From positions 64,046 through 128,045 of the forward strand of contig CANQUX010000001.1 of the NCBI GenBank assembly GCA_947627155.1: DNA of 64,000 bases. The letters run 5' to 3'. Positions 39,014 through 48,572 of this stretch are shown here, piece after piece. Under the pieces are notes generated by a model. That model did not search any database. It saw only the letters and a program-made list of their open reading frames with translations, and was not told the DNA's origin. The stretch comes from an uncultured Alphaproteobacteria bacterium (GTDB lineage Bacteria > Pseudomonadota > Alphaproteobacteria > CAAHEQ01 > UBA3637). Position numbers and translations under genes: made by a program. The first letter of the stretch is position 1. Each line of letters begins with the position of its first letter.

Positions 39014-39766
39014 TTATTTTTTAACGGAACGCGCCATTGTGAGAACATAAACAGCTTTGGCGCCGTTTTTCTTTAACACTTTTGCGCAAGATTCGGCTGT
39101 TGCGCCGGTTGTTAAAACATCATCAATCAATAAAATACGTTTTCCTTGAATCAATTCGGCATTGCGAACCTGAAAGGCATCTTTTAAGTTTTGTTTTCTC
39201 TCTTTTGCCGTTTTATGTGTTTGCGATTCGGTATGATGCGTGCGATATAAAACGGAACAGTTATATTCTTTATGAAGTTTGTGTGCCAGTAATTCGGCTA
39301 AAACAGCCGATTGATTATATTGTCTTTTCAATCGTCTGAGCCAATACATCGGAACGGGCATCACCAGATCCGTTTTATCAAACAAATCAACGCCCGCTTT
39401 TAAAAGATAATGAACCAAAACATGCCTTAAATCGGTTCGATCATAATATTTAAATTTTAAAATCAATTGGCGGGAAAAAATATCGTAAACAAACGCCGAT
39501 CGCGCCATATCATAAAGCGGACGCTTGGATAAACATTTCGCGCAAAGCATTTTTTCACCCGTATCCGTTTCAATCGGCAGCGGAACGGAACACCAGTAAC
39601 ATTTCGGTGCATGGATAAAATGAATTTTATGAAAACATTCGTCACATAAAATTTGTTCGGAATCAATGATTTTCTCACAATACGGACATTGCGGCGGAAA
39701 CAGATAAACAATAACATTCCTAAACAAAGTTTTAAAAATATTTTTGAAATCTCTTGTTTTTTTCAT
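39014..39766 (-). CDS. comF: ComF-family phosphoribosyltransferase-domain protein.
   Basis: N-terminal Cys4 zinc ribbon. PRTase motif ILLIDDVLTTGAT. Confidence 0.75.
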   Translation of the reverse strand: MKKTRDFKNIFKTLFRNVIVYLFPPQCPYCEKIIDSEQILCDECFHKIHFIHAPKCYWCSVPLPIETDTGEKMLCAKCLSKRPLYDMARSAFVYDIFSRQLILKFKYYDRTDLRHVLVHYLLKAGVDLFDKTDLVMPVPMYWLRRLKRQYNQSAVLAELLAHKLHKEYNCSVLYRTHHTESQTHKTAKERKQNLKDAFQVRNAELIQGKRILLIDDVLTTGATAESCAKVLKKNGAKAVYVLTMARSVKK

Positions 39767-39812
39767 AAAAATAAACTACTGTATCGGTTGTGAAATTGCA
39801 AGGATAAAATAA

Positions 39813-40574
39813 ATGAGCGTTCAAAAAATTTTAAATCGTGAAAACAGAATCATTGTCTATGAATATGAGCCGAAACCGCAAAGAGCCTGTATCGTTTATT
39901 TACACGGGTTGAATTCTTCCCGTCAAAGCGAAAAGGGAAAACGATTATTAAAGTTTGCAAAAGAAAAAAATTATGCCTTTTTATCCGTTGATTACACGGC
40001 ACACGGCGAATCGGAGGGAACACCTGCCGATTTTCGCGTTGCGCGGTGTTTAAATGATGTTCTTGATGTTATGGACAAAGAAAAAATCATCAATCCTCTT
40101 TATTTGGTCGGCAGCTCGTTGGGGGGGTGGATAGCCTTCTTATTGGCCGAAAAAATACCTCAACAGGTTCATGGAATTCTTACCTGTGCGGCAGGGGTTG
40201 ATTTTCTGGAACGAGTATGGCGAAAAATGTTACCGCAAAGCATTAAACTGTTGTTAAAAAGCGGGCATATCATCGGGCCGAATGCCGAGACAAAAGGATA
40301 TTGTTTTTCCTATGCCATGTTTCAAGAGGCTAAACCTTATTTGTTACTGCACCGAAAAATTAACTATACGGGACCGGTGATTTTGGCGCATGGCGATGCC
40401 GATACGGTTATTTTACCGGATAATTCGTTTAAAATTAAAGAGGCCCTCTTGTCTCAAGATGTTCAAGTTCATATTATAAAGGGGGAAGGGCATGCGTTAA
40501 GCGGTTATCCCTTGGAACAGGAAGTGGAACGGTTGATTTGGAAAGGAGAAAAAAATGACAACGCAAAAAAATGA
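39813..40574 (+). CDS. Alpha/beta hydrolase.
   Basis: Nucleophile elbow GSSLGG, plus downstream Asp and His. Confidence 0.65.
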   Translation: MSVQKILNRENRIIVYEYEPKPQRACIVYLHGLNSSRQSEKGKRLLKFAKEKNYAFLSVDYTAHGESEGTPADFRVARCLNDVLDVMDKEKIINPLYLVGSSLGGWIAFLLAEKIPQQVHGILTCAAGVDFLERVWRKMLPQSIKLLLKSGHIIGPNAETKGYCFSYAMFQEAKPYLLLHRKINYTGPVILAHGDADTVILPDNSFKIKEALLSQDVQVHIIKGEGHALSGYPLEQEVERLIWKGEKNDNAKK

Positions 40575-41025
40575 CTCGATTTATGTAAAAGCAGGACGAC
40601 TGTTTTTTATTTTGTTATTTGTTTATGCCGTTTGTTTTGTCAGTTCTCTTTTTATCACGACGGACAGGTTAAACTGGTATCGATCTTTACCGCTTTCCTC
40701 TTTAACGCCGCCCGATTATTTATTCGGTGTTGCATGGAGCATTTTATATCTGTTAATGGGAATATCCGCGTTTTTGGTCTGGAATAAAGCTTCGCCGCGT
40801 TATTTTGCCTTACAACTCATTTGCGCCGGATTATGGCCGTTTGTTTTTTTCTTTTTGCACAGCATTATCGGCGGCTTAATTATTATCGGCTTCATGATTG
40901 TTTTTTTGGCCTTAACCGTCAAAACCTTTTATCCTGTTTCGAAAACGGCAGCTTTTTTATTGATTCCGCAACTTGTATGGGCCGTTTTTGCTTTTTATTT
41001 AAATGCTTCTTTGCTCATCGGTTAA
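40555..41025 (+). CDS. tspO: TspO/MBR tryptophan-rich sensory protein.
   Basis: Five TM helices. Trp-rich TspO signature (WYRSL..P...PP...F..VW..LY). Confidence 0.75.
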   Translation: MTTQKNDSIYVKAGRLFFILLFVYAVCFVSSLFITTDRLNWYRSLPLSSLTPPDYLFGVAWSILYLLMGISAFLVWNKASPRYFALQLICAGLWPFVFFFLHSIIGGLIIIGFMIVFLALTVKTFYPVSKTAAFLLIPQLVWAVFAFYLNASLLIG

Positions 41026-41852
41026 CCGTAATTGGCCCGCAACAAAGCTATTTCGGCTTTATAGCCTTCAAACACATTGGGTGTTTCCAAAATGAACGGT
41101 AAATCTTTTAAAAGAGGGTGATTGATCAAGCGAATGATTGCCTCCGTTCCGATGGAACCGGCACCGATTTTGGCATGCCTGTCTTTGTGACTGTTAAACG
41201 GTGTTAAGCTGTCATTTAAATGAATCATTTTCAATCGTTTTAAACCGATTTTTTGATCGAATTCCTCCAAAACATCGTCTAATCGATGAACAATATCGTA
41301 TCCGGCGGAATAAATATGACATGTATCCATACAAACGCCTAATTTTTCGGTATCATTGCTTTGATTGATAATCGCGGCAATTTCATCAAAGGTTGAACCG
41401 ATTTCCGAACCTTTACCCGACATGGTTTCCAATAAAACGGTTGTATTTGTTTGTGTGCTTAAAAGATGATTGATTAAAGACACGATTTGCATGAGGCCGG
41501 TTTCAATTCCTTGTCCGACATGACAGCCCGGATGAAAATTATAATATTGACCGTTTAACGCCGTTAAACGGTTTAAATCATCTGCCATGGTTTCAAGGGC
41601 AAAAATTCGCGTTTCTTCTTTATCGGAGCAGGGGTTAATGGTGTAAGAGGCATGCGCTAAAATTTTTTCAACGGCATTTTCTTTCATTAAATTTAAAAAA
41701 GCTTCAATATCATTTAAATTGAGTTCTTTGGCTTGTCCGCCGCGCGGGTTCCGCGTGAAGAATTGACAGGTATTGGCATTCATGGCCAACATTTCCTGTC
41801 CCATTTCATAGAATCCTTTTGCACAAGAAAGATGCGCACCAATGGTTAACAT
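41022..41852 (-). CDS. nfo: Endonuclease IV.
   Basis: AP endonuclease family 2 TIM-barrel (HASY, HLND motifs). Start set at MLTIGAH to avoid overlapping the upstream gene. Confidence 0.8.
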   Translation of the reverse strand: MLTIGAHLSCAKGFYEMGQEMLAMNANTCQFFTRNPRGGQAKELNLNDIEAFLNLMKENAVEKILAHASYTINPCSDKEETRIFALETMADDLNRLTALNGQYYNFHPGCHVGQGIETGLMQIVSLINHLLSTQTNTTVLLETMSGKGSEIGSTFDEIAAIINQSNDTEKLGVCMDTCHIYSAGYDIVHRLDDVLEEFDQKIGLKRLKMIHLNDSLTPFNSHKDRHAKIGAGSIGTEAIIRLINHPLLKDLPFILETPNVFEGYKAEIALLRANYG

Positions 41853-41859
41853 AGAGCTG

Positions 41860-42624
41860 TTATTCCTCCCATAAATGAGCCAAAATACAAGCATTTTTGG
41901 TGATTTGATTTTCCGAATGCTGTAATTTTTCAATTCGAGCTGTGCGCTTGCATTCCCAAGGGGTAACGGGATATTTTTCTGCCCATTTTTTCATCAATTG
42001 TCTTTGGACGGCACTTAATCGGAAACGCGGGGCATAAGCTGCTTCAAAATAAAGCGTGGTACGCGCGATAACACCTTTGGCTTCATCGGGCGGATCAGCC
42101 TTTTTATCGGCAATTTTAAACTTGCAGCCGCCGAAAGTGCTGGGTATGTTTTCGGGCAATTCCGTAAAATTATAATTGGATCGCGCCGCGTTAACCGAAC
42201 CGATAGCCGGATATAAATTATACATATCCGCTTCCATAAAGGCAAAAACAATGTTTGTTTTTTCGGCACATTTTCGTCCTTGATAAGGTTTATTGTTTTT
42301 ATTGACACAAGCCGGTGCTCCTTCACGCCATTCCTTAAAGAAACGCCCGAAGTTTTCGGCAGGTACAATATGTTCGAATTCTATTCGTTGCGCGCGTTTT
42401 GCCATAACCGTTTGGTTAAAATTCGGCGGATAATGAACGATTTGCTTTGTTTCGGGTAAATAGGTGGCTTGACAATAAACGGTTTGAAAATAATCGGTAT
42501 AAACGTTATTTAATAACAGTTTTTTCGCTTTGGAAAAAGAAGAAATGGTGTAATTTTGCGCATTTGCCGATGACAAAGGCATAATTAACAAAAAGGCAAG
42601 GCATAGAAGATATAAAAAACGCAA
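41860..42624 (-). CDS. endA: Periplasmic/extracellular endonuclease I (EndA/Vvn family).
   Basis: Signal peptide plus the FEHIVPAENFGR active-site region of Endonuclease-1. Confidence 0.7.
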   Translation of the reverse strand: MRFLYLLCLAFLLIMPLSSANAQNYTISSFSKAKKLLLNNVYTDYFQTVYCQATYLPETKQIVHYPPNFNQTVMAKRAQRIEFEHIVPAENFGRFFKEWREGAPACVNKNNKPYQGRKCAEKTNIVFAFMEADMYNLYPAIGSVNAARSNYNFTELPENIPSTFGGCKFKIADKKADPPDEAKGVIARTTLYFEAAYAPRFRLSAVQRQLMKKWAEKYPVTPWECKRTARIEKLQHSENQITKNACILAHLWEE

Positions 42625-42692
42625 TTTTTTGATCCTTTTTAAAAACGCTATTCAGAATAAAGGATTTTCTGCCTCTTGTCAATCATAAAAGA

Positions 42693-43526
42693 TTATATTT
42701 CGCTTTGATAAAAACAATTAATCGGACGCATACCGTTTAAAAATTTATATATTTCAACCCGATTAAGCGTTGCTTGCTCTCCGACATTCGTGTAACACAC
42801 ATTGGAAACAATTTGTCCGTTATTAAGTTCGATAACGGCCAGAGGCGCCGAATCAAAGTAAAACAATCGCGCGGTTTGATTCATCACCCCGTTTGAAAAA
42901 AAGATTTCCGATTGAACGGTTACGCCGTCTTCATAAAACTGCATTTGAAGTCCTTGAATTTTGCCGTTTTGATAGTTTTGCGTCAATTGTAAATTTCCGT
43001 TGTCGTAATACATTTCACCCCTACCGACAGGAACGTTGTTTTCATAGGTTTGACGCATTTGCATATTGCTGTTCTTGTAATAGGTTATCAATGACCCGTT
43101 AATCATGTCATTTGTATAAGGAACGCTTGCCATTAAAACACCGTTCGCATAATAGAGCTTTAAAGAACCGTTTTTTTGACCGTTTTCATAAGGAATTGAG
43201 GCCATTAAGTTACCGTTTTCATAAAAAATGTTTTGTGTGCCGCTTATCGGTGTTCCGTTTGATTGAAAAGAAACCATAACGTCGCCGTTCGGGTATAAAA
43301 CATTATTTTGTGTTGTTTTGAATAAATCAAAAGAAGGAATATTGCCCAAAAGATTTGACATTTTTAAGTCATTATCCAATAATGCCAAAATTGGTTGGTG
43401 ATTTAAATCATAGAGAATGTTATCACCATATAAAGCCGAGTAGGGCGGACAACTGCCGAACGGTTCGGCAAATGCCGGATAAGTTAAAATACAAATTCCT
43501 AAAATAAAAAGCGATTTCATTTTCAT
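42693..43526 (-). CDS. MORN-repeat protein, secreted.
   Basis: Signal peptide. At least 6 repeats of YxNGxLxxxxxYxNGxxxG (MORN variant 2). Confidence 0.7.
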   Translation of the reverse strand: MKMKSLFILGICILTYPAFAEPFGSCPPYSALYGDNILYDLNHQPILALLDNDLKMSNLLGNIPSFDLFKTTQNNVLYPNGDVMVSFQSNGTPISGTQNIFYENGNLMASIPYENGQKNGSLKLYYANGVLMASVPYTNDMINGSLITYYKNSNMQMRQTYENNVPVGRGEMYYDNGNLQLTQNYQNGKIQGLQMQFYEDGVTVQSEIFFSNGVMNQTARLFYFDSAPLAVIELNNGQIVSNVCYTNVGEQATLNRVEIYKFLNGMRPINCFYQSEI

Positions 43527-43632
43527 ATTCTATTAATAAGCTATTTTTGACCATATATCAAGAAGAAAATAAAGTAAAAAATTATATTTCTGTGACAAAC
43601 AAACAAAAATGATTTAAATTTTAAATAATAAC

Positions 43633-43661
43633 TTGAATTTTTTATTTAAGTATGTTATAAA
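43633..43661 (+). promoter_or_regulatory. Promoter of hfq, with extended -10.
   Basis: TTGAAT-N17-(TGt)TATAAA. Confidence 0.45.
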
Positions 43662-43689
43662 GCAAGTGTGTTTAACAAAAGGAGTTCAA

Positions 43690-43896
43690 ATGTCTTTTAC
43701 GGAAGAAGCATTTTTGAAAAAAATCATTGAGGAAGAAATACCTGTTACTGTTTTTTTAATCGGCGGAATAAAATTGCAGGGAATTATTGCGGCTTTTGAC
43801 GCAAAAACAATTTTTCTCCGGCGTGACGGTCATACACAAATGATTTATAAAGAAGCTGTTTCAACAGTGATGCCCTCATCCCCTGTTTTTATATAA
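43690..43896 (+). CDS. hfq: RNA chaperone Hfq.
   Basis: Sm motifs (IPVTVFLIGGIKLQG...MIYKEAVSTV). Start at MSFTEE with RBS AAAGGAG. The ORF-track upstream extension was rejected. Confidence 0.9.
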   Translation: MSFTEEAFLKKIIEEEIPVTVFLIGGIKLQGIIAAFDAKTIFLRRDGHTQMIYKEAVSTVMPSSPVFI

Positions 43897-43913
43897 GTAA
43901 CGGATAAATTTCA

Positions 43914-45194
43914 TTGAGTAACGCACTGGTTTTATTTCCGTTTTTAAAAAATGAAAAATTTTATCGGCAACCTCAGGCAATGCTGGAAGAGGCCACTGCT
44001 TTGGTGAAAGCCATTTCTCTAAACGTATTGAAAAGTGATTTGATTCCTCTTCGAACAATTAAAGCTGCAACATTTTTGGGAAAAGGCGTGATTGATTCTT
44101 ATCAATCATTTATTCAAGAGCATCAAATCAGTGTTGTTATCTTATCTTGTCGCCTATCACCGTTGCAGCAACGAAATCTTGAAAAAATATGGCAAACAAA
44201 AGTTATTGATAAAACAGCTTTGATTCTGGAAATTTTCGGGCAACGAGCCAGAACAAAGGAAGGGTCTTTACAAGTTGAATTGGCACATTTAATGTATGCA
44301 CGTTCACGGTTGGTGCGATCATGGACTCACCTTGAACGGCAACGCGGCGGATCGGGCTTTTTGGGGGGGCCGGGCGAAACACAGATTGAATTGGATAAAC
44401 GACTCATTGATGAAGATATTGTTAAAATTAAAAAAGAATTGGAGGAAGTTAAAAAGACGCGTGCACTTCATCGGCAGTCACGAAGGAGGGTTCCTTTTCC
44501 GATTGTGGCTTTGGTCGGTTATACAAATGCCGGAAAATCAACACTTTTTAATTATTTAACGCGCGCCAACGTTTTTGCAAAAGATATGTTGTTTGCCACA
44601 TTGGATCCGACAATGCGTCAAATGAAGCTGCCCGGCGGACAGATTGTTATTTTATCCGATACAGTCGGTTTTATTTCCGATTTACCGACAGAGCTGATTA
44701 TGGCTTTTCGGGCAACATTAGAGGAGGTTTTGGAAGCAGACGTTATTGTTCATGTGCGAGATTATCATCATCCGGATACATTGGCTCAAAAAAAAGATGT
44801 TGAAGCCGTTTTATGCGATTTGGGTTTAAAAGAAACCGTTGACGGAGAATTATTGGAAGCATTGAATAAAATTGATCTTTTTGATGAAGCCAAACAACAA
44901 ATGATTATCAATCAAAAGAAGAAACGATCCAATGAGTGGCCGATTTCCGCCAAAACAGGAGAAGGCGTTTTTTCTCTTTTAAAAGCTATTGAAAACGGCT
45001 TGAATAAAGACAGAAAAACGTTTAAACTGATGATTCCGGTTTCAGACGGCAAAACATTGGCAACACTTTATCGAAAAGGACAAATTTTAAGTCGTAAAGA
45101 TCACGAAAAAACAATAACACTGATGGTTCGGTTAAGATCGGAAGATGAAGCGTTATTTAAACCATATATATGTTTTGGGAAGAAAAATGACTAA
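43914..45194 (+). CDS. hflX: GTPase HflX.
   Basis: HflX N-domain plus G1-G4 motifs (GYTNAGKST, DTVGF, NKID). Confidence 0.9.
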   Translation: MSNALVLFPFLKNEKFYRQPQAMLEEATALVKAISLNVLKSDLIPLRTIKAATFLGKGVIDSYQSFIQEHQISVVILSCRLSPLQQRNLEKIWQTKVIDKTALILEIFGQRARTKEGSLQVELAHLMYARSRLVRSWTHLERQRGGSGFLGGPGETQIELDKRLIDEDIVKIKKELEEVKKTRALHRQSRRRVPFPIVALVGYTNAGKSTLFNYLTRANVFAKDMLFATLDPTMRQMKLPGGQIVILSDTVGFISDLPTELIMAFRATLEEVLEADVIVHVRDYHHPDTLAQKKDVEAVLCDLGLKETVDGELLEALNKIDLFDEAKQQMIINQKKKRSNEWPISAKTGEGVFSLLKAIENGLNKDRKTFKLMIPVSDGKTLATLYRKGQILSRKDHEKTITLMVRLRSEDEALFKPYICFGKKND

Positions 45195-45504
45195 AAAATT
45201 TACGAAAACGCGTGAAAATTTTACCTGTATTGTCTGTGGTTTCCATGTCAAAGGAAACGGCTATACAAATCATTGTCCTCATTGTCTTTCCTCTCTTCAT
45301 GTAGATGTTTTACCCGGTGACAGAGCGTGTTCCTGTCACGGAATTATGGATGCCGTCGGTTTCGAAATTCGAAACGGGAATGAATACATTTTGCATCGGT
45401 GTCGGGAATGTGGTTTTGAACGTAAAAATCGTGTTTCGACTGATGATAACCGACAAATGCTTTATGCCTTATCCGGTTCATTAATGATTAAGAAACAATT
45501 ATGA
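45187..45504 (+). CDS. RNHCP-domain zinc-ribbon protein.
   Basis: Two CxxC...HC clusters (CIVCG...HCPHC; RCRECG). Overlaps the hflX stop. Confidence 0.5.
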   Translation: MTKKFTKTRENFTCIVCGFHVKGNGYTNHCPHCLSSLHVDVLPGDRACSCHGIMDAVGFEIRNGNEYILHRCRECGFERKNRVSTDDNRQMLYALSGSLMIKKQL

Positions 45505-45971
45505 ATGAAAGAAAAAGAGAAATGTTTAATATTACATATCGTCTTATAACAACCGCTCATCCGTTTTATCGCAAATGTATTAAACTGCGTCGAAAACGAA
45601 TATGGGAACCGTTTCATTTACTGACATCTGAAAAATTTGATACAGAAGAAGAAAAGTATTTTACTTTTGTGGCTATTTTAAATTCAAGACGTGTTATCGG
45701 ATGTGTTATGTTGATACCGGAACATCAAAATAAATGGATGCGCGTTTGTCAGCTGGCTGTGGATGAAGCTTATTGCGGAATGGGTATCGGTTCAAAACTG
45801 ATGAATAAAGTAGAGGAATATGTCATAAAGGAAAAATATAAACGTATGGCATTATATGCCTATTCTGATATCTTACCTTTTTTTGAAAAGTTAGATTTTC
45901 ACACATACGGCGGATGGTATTCTCACTCCAACCGGATGCGTTCAATTTTAATGATAAAAGAATTGCGTTAA
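45501..45971 (+). CDS. GNAT-family N-acetyltransferase.
   Basis: Acetyl-CoA binding motif QLAVDEAYCGMGIGSKLM. Confidence 0.65.
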   Translation: MNERKREMFNITYRLITTAHPFYRKCIKLRRKRIWEPFHLLTSEKFDTEEEKYFTFVAILNSRRVIGCVMLIPEHQNKWMRVCQLAVDEAYCGMGIGSKLMNKVEEYVIKEKYKRMALYAYSDILPFFEKLDFHTYGGWYSHSNRMRSILMIKELR

Positions 45972-45976
45972 AAAAG

Positions 45977-46627
45977 TTATTGATTTTTTAAATTAACTTC
46001 AAAATCAGCATCTGTGGTCGAACGAATATCTTCCAGAGAAGATAAAGGACTGATTTCAATAAGCGTTAATCCGTTTTCATCGAGTTGAAAAACACCTTTT
46101 TCCGTAATAATCATATCAACTTCGTGTGCCGCTGTTAAGGGCAGGGTACATTTTTTGAGAATTTTAGGTTGTCCGTTGTTTGTATGTTCCATAGCAACAA
46201 TTACTTTTTGAGCTCCGACAACCAAATCCATGGCACCGCCCATACCGGGAACAAGTTTCCCCGGAACAACCCAATTTGCCAAATTGCCTTCCTGATCAAC
46301 CTGTAACGCGCCCAACACCGTTGCATTGATGTGTCCGCCGCGGATCATATTAAAAGAAATAAAACTGTCAAAATAACAGCCGCCTTCAATCAACGAAATT
46401 AATTTACCGCCGGCATTTGTTATTTGTTCATCACAAGCTTCGGGACTCGGTGTTTTCCCAACGCCCAACACACCGTTTTCGGATTGTAACGTTACATGCT
46501 TTTCCGGCGGAAGATAATCGGCAACCAATGTCGGTAACCCTATGCCTAACGTGACAATATCACCGTCTTGAAATTCTTTGGCCACCCGTTTGGCAATAAA
46601 ATGACGGATTTCTTCTTTACTCGGCAT
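45977..46627 (-). CDS. scoB: 3-oxoacid CoA-transferase subunit B.
   Basis: CoA-transferase family I beta subunit, with the catalytic-Glu region. Overlaps scoA. Confidence 0.85.
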   Translation of the reverse strand: MPSKEEIRHFIAKRVAKEFQDGDIVTLGIGLPTLVADYLPPEKHVTLQSENGVLGVGKTPSPEACDEQITNAGGKLISLIEGGCYFDSFISFNMIRGGHINATVLGALQVDQEGNLANWVVPGKLVPGMGGAMDLVVGAQKVIVAMEHTNNGQPKILKKCTLPLTAAHEVDMIITEKGVFQLDENGLTLIEISPLSSLEDIRSTTDADFEVNLKNQ

Positions 46628-47291
46628 TTTTTTGATCCTTTTTCAAAACAAGGTAATGAACAAATAATCCCGGAACGATAATTTCATTCGGTGGCAGAGG
46701 CGTTTCGGAAAGTTCATCAACTTCAACAATCACGCATTTGGCAGCTGTTGCCATAACCGTATTAAAGTTACGCGTTGTTCCTTTATAAGAGAGATTGCCG
46801 TATTTATCGGCTTTGGAAGCATAAATTAAAGCGATATCGGCTTTCAGGGCTTTTTCAAGCAAATAAGTTTGTCCGTCGACATTTATTTTTTCCTTGCCTT
46901 TTTCGACAACGGTTCCCAAACCGGTCGGCGTTAATACACCCCCTAAGCCGGCGCCACCCGCCCGAATGCGCTCGGCAAGTGTTCCTTGCGGTACCAATTC
47001 GACTTGAAGTGTTCCTTCATGCATTTGTTTACCCGTTTCGGGATTCATTCCGATGTGTGTGACAATTGCTTTATCAATCAAGCCAGCCGCGATTAAACGT
47101 CCTTTATCGGAATCGGCAAAAGACGTGTCATTTGCAATCAAGGTTAAATGATTTGTCTTGTTTTTTAATAAATAAGAAATAACCAACGTCGGTGAACCGC
47201 ATTTTAAAAAACCGCCAATCATAACCGATGCCCCGATTGGTATTAAATCGGCAGCTTCTTGAGCGGATATTATTTTCTTTTCTTTAAACAT
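46617..47291 (-). CDS. scoA: 3-oxoacid CoA-transferase subunit A.
   Basis: CoA-transferase family I alpha subunit. Confidence 0.85.
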   Translation of the reverse strand: MFKEKKIISAQEAADLIPIGASVMIGGFLKCGSPTLVISYLLKNKTNHLTLIANDTSFADSDKGRLIAAGLIDKAIVTHIGMNPETGKQMHEGTLQVELVPQGTLAERIRAGGAGLGGVLTPTGLGTVVEKGKEKINVDGQTYLLEKALKADIALIYASKADKYGNLSYKGTTRNFNTVMATAAKCVIVEVDELSETPLPPNEIIVPGLFVHYLVLKKDQKNAE

Positions 47292-47354
47292 ACTATACTT
47301 GTAACAAAAGTTTACGCATTCGTCAACCTTAAAATCGCATCTGATGATTTCTTA

Positions 47355-48572
47355 TTAACGAAACCACGGTTTCGGATCAATCGGTTGACCGTTTTTGCGA
47401 ATTTCCAAATAAAGCTCACCGTTTTTATTTAATCGTCCGACAGGTTCACCGGCCAATATTTCCTGCCCTTCCGATACGTTCATTTCTTCCAAGCCGGTTA
47501 AAAGCGTTAAATAATCATCACCGTTATCAACAATCAAAAGTTGCCCGTAACTTTTGAACGGGCCGGAAAACAAAACGGTTCCGTAAAAAATGTTTGTCAC
47601 AATACTGCCACCCGTTCCGGCCAAACGCATACCCTTTGAATGAAGTCCCGCACTGTTAATATCATTAAAGCTTTCAACAATTCGCCCGTTAATCGGATAA
47701 CTCAATGATCCTTTTGCTTTTTTAAAGGAGCCTTTGGGAATGGAAAGCGATTGCGGCGGTTCATTTTGCGCTTGAACGATGCTTTGTCTTTCAGTTCTTT
47801 GTTCTGCTTCCCGTTTTGCTTTTTCGGCTTCCTGCCGTTGTTTTTCAGCTTCCAATCTTTCTAATAATTCCTTTAAATCTTTGGCTTGATTGGCAAGAGA
47901 AACAATCCGTTGCCGTGATTTTTTATGGGTGGCATCATATTGCGCTTGAAGCAGCTCTTTTTGTTTAATCAATTTATTCATTTGCGAAGCGCGTTCATTG
48001 AGTTGCGCTTGTGTGGTTTTGGCGCGTTTTGCCTGATTTTCGATTTGTTTTTTGGTTAAAGCCAATTGCGATAAATCATGCAAGAATCCTTCATTCATAC
48101 TTTTTACCTGCGGCAAAGCAAAATTAAACAACATTTTACTGCGCAAATGTTCTAACGGACTTTGGGGTTCCAACAAAACAACCTCCGGCGGACGTAACGC
48201 TAAAGTTTGTAATCCCGTTGAAACCTCCACCATTTGTTTATCGGATAAAGCCAGTTTTTGATTTAAATCGGCTTCTTTTTTTTGTAAATCGGCCAGTTTT
48301 CTTTTTAAATCATTCAATAAATCTTCTTTTTCGCGGACTGCCTTGGCCGAACGTACCATTTGCTTTTGAACGGTTTTAATTTCATCGGCAATTTCGGCGG
48401 ATTTTTTTTCGGCTTCTTTTTGCGTTTTGCGCTCTTGCCGCAATTCCGCTTCAATGCGTTGTAAATCATCTTGCGTTGGTTCGGCCTGAGCCGTACTGAT
48501 TAGCAAAAAAGGCAATCCGATTGAAAAAAGAAATAACTTAAACAATTTAAAGCCCTTAATCTTTGTAAACAA
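47355..48572 (-). CDS. M23 peptidase-domain murein hydrolase activator (EnvC-like).
   Basis: Signal peptide, long coiled-coil, C-terminal LytM/M23 domain. Syntenic with gpmI. Confidence 0.75.
   Translation of the reverse strand: MFTKIKGFKLFKLFLFSIGLPFLLISTAQAEPTQDDLQRIEAELRQERKTQKEAEKKSAEIADEIKTVQKQMVRSAKAVREKEDLLNDLKRKLADLQKKEADLNQKLALSDKQMVEVSTGLQTLALRPPEVVLLEPQSPLEHLRSKMLFNFALPQVKSMNEGFLHDLSQLALTKKQIENQAKRAKTTQAQLNERASQMNKLIKQKELLQAQYDATHKKSRQRIVSLANQAKDLKELLERLEAEKQRQEAEKAKREAEQRTERQSIVQAQNEPPQSLSIPKGSFKKAKGSLSYPINGRIVESFNDINSAGLHSKGMRLAGTGGSIVTNIFYGTVLFSGPFKSYGQLLIVDNGDDYLTLLTGLEEMNVSEGQEILAGEPVGRLNKNGELYLEIRKNGQPIDPKPWFR

Noticed and set aside
43633-43689. N-terminal extension of Hfq (MNFLFKYVIKQVCLTKGVQ).
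   Set aside because: It overlaps the predicted promoter, and the true Hfq start MSFTEE has a good RBS. The extension is not Hfq-like.
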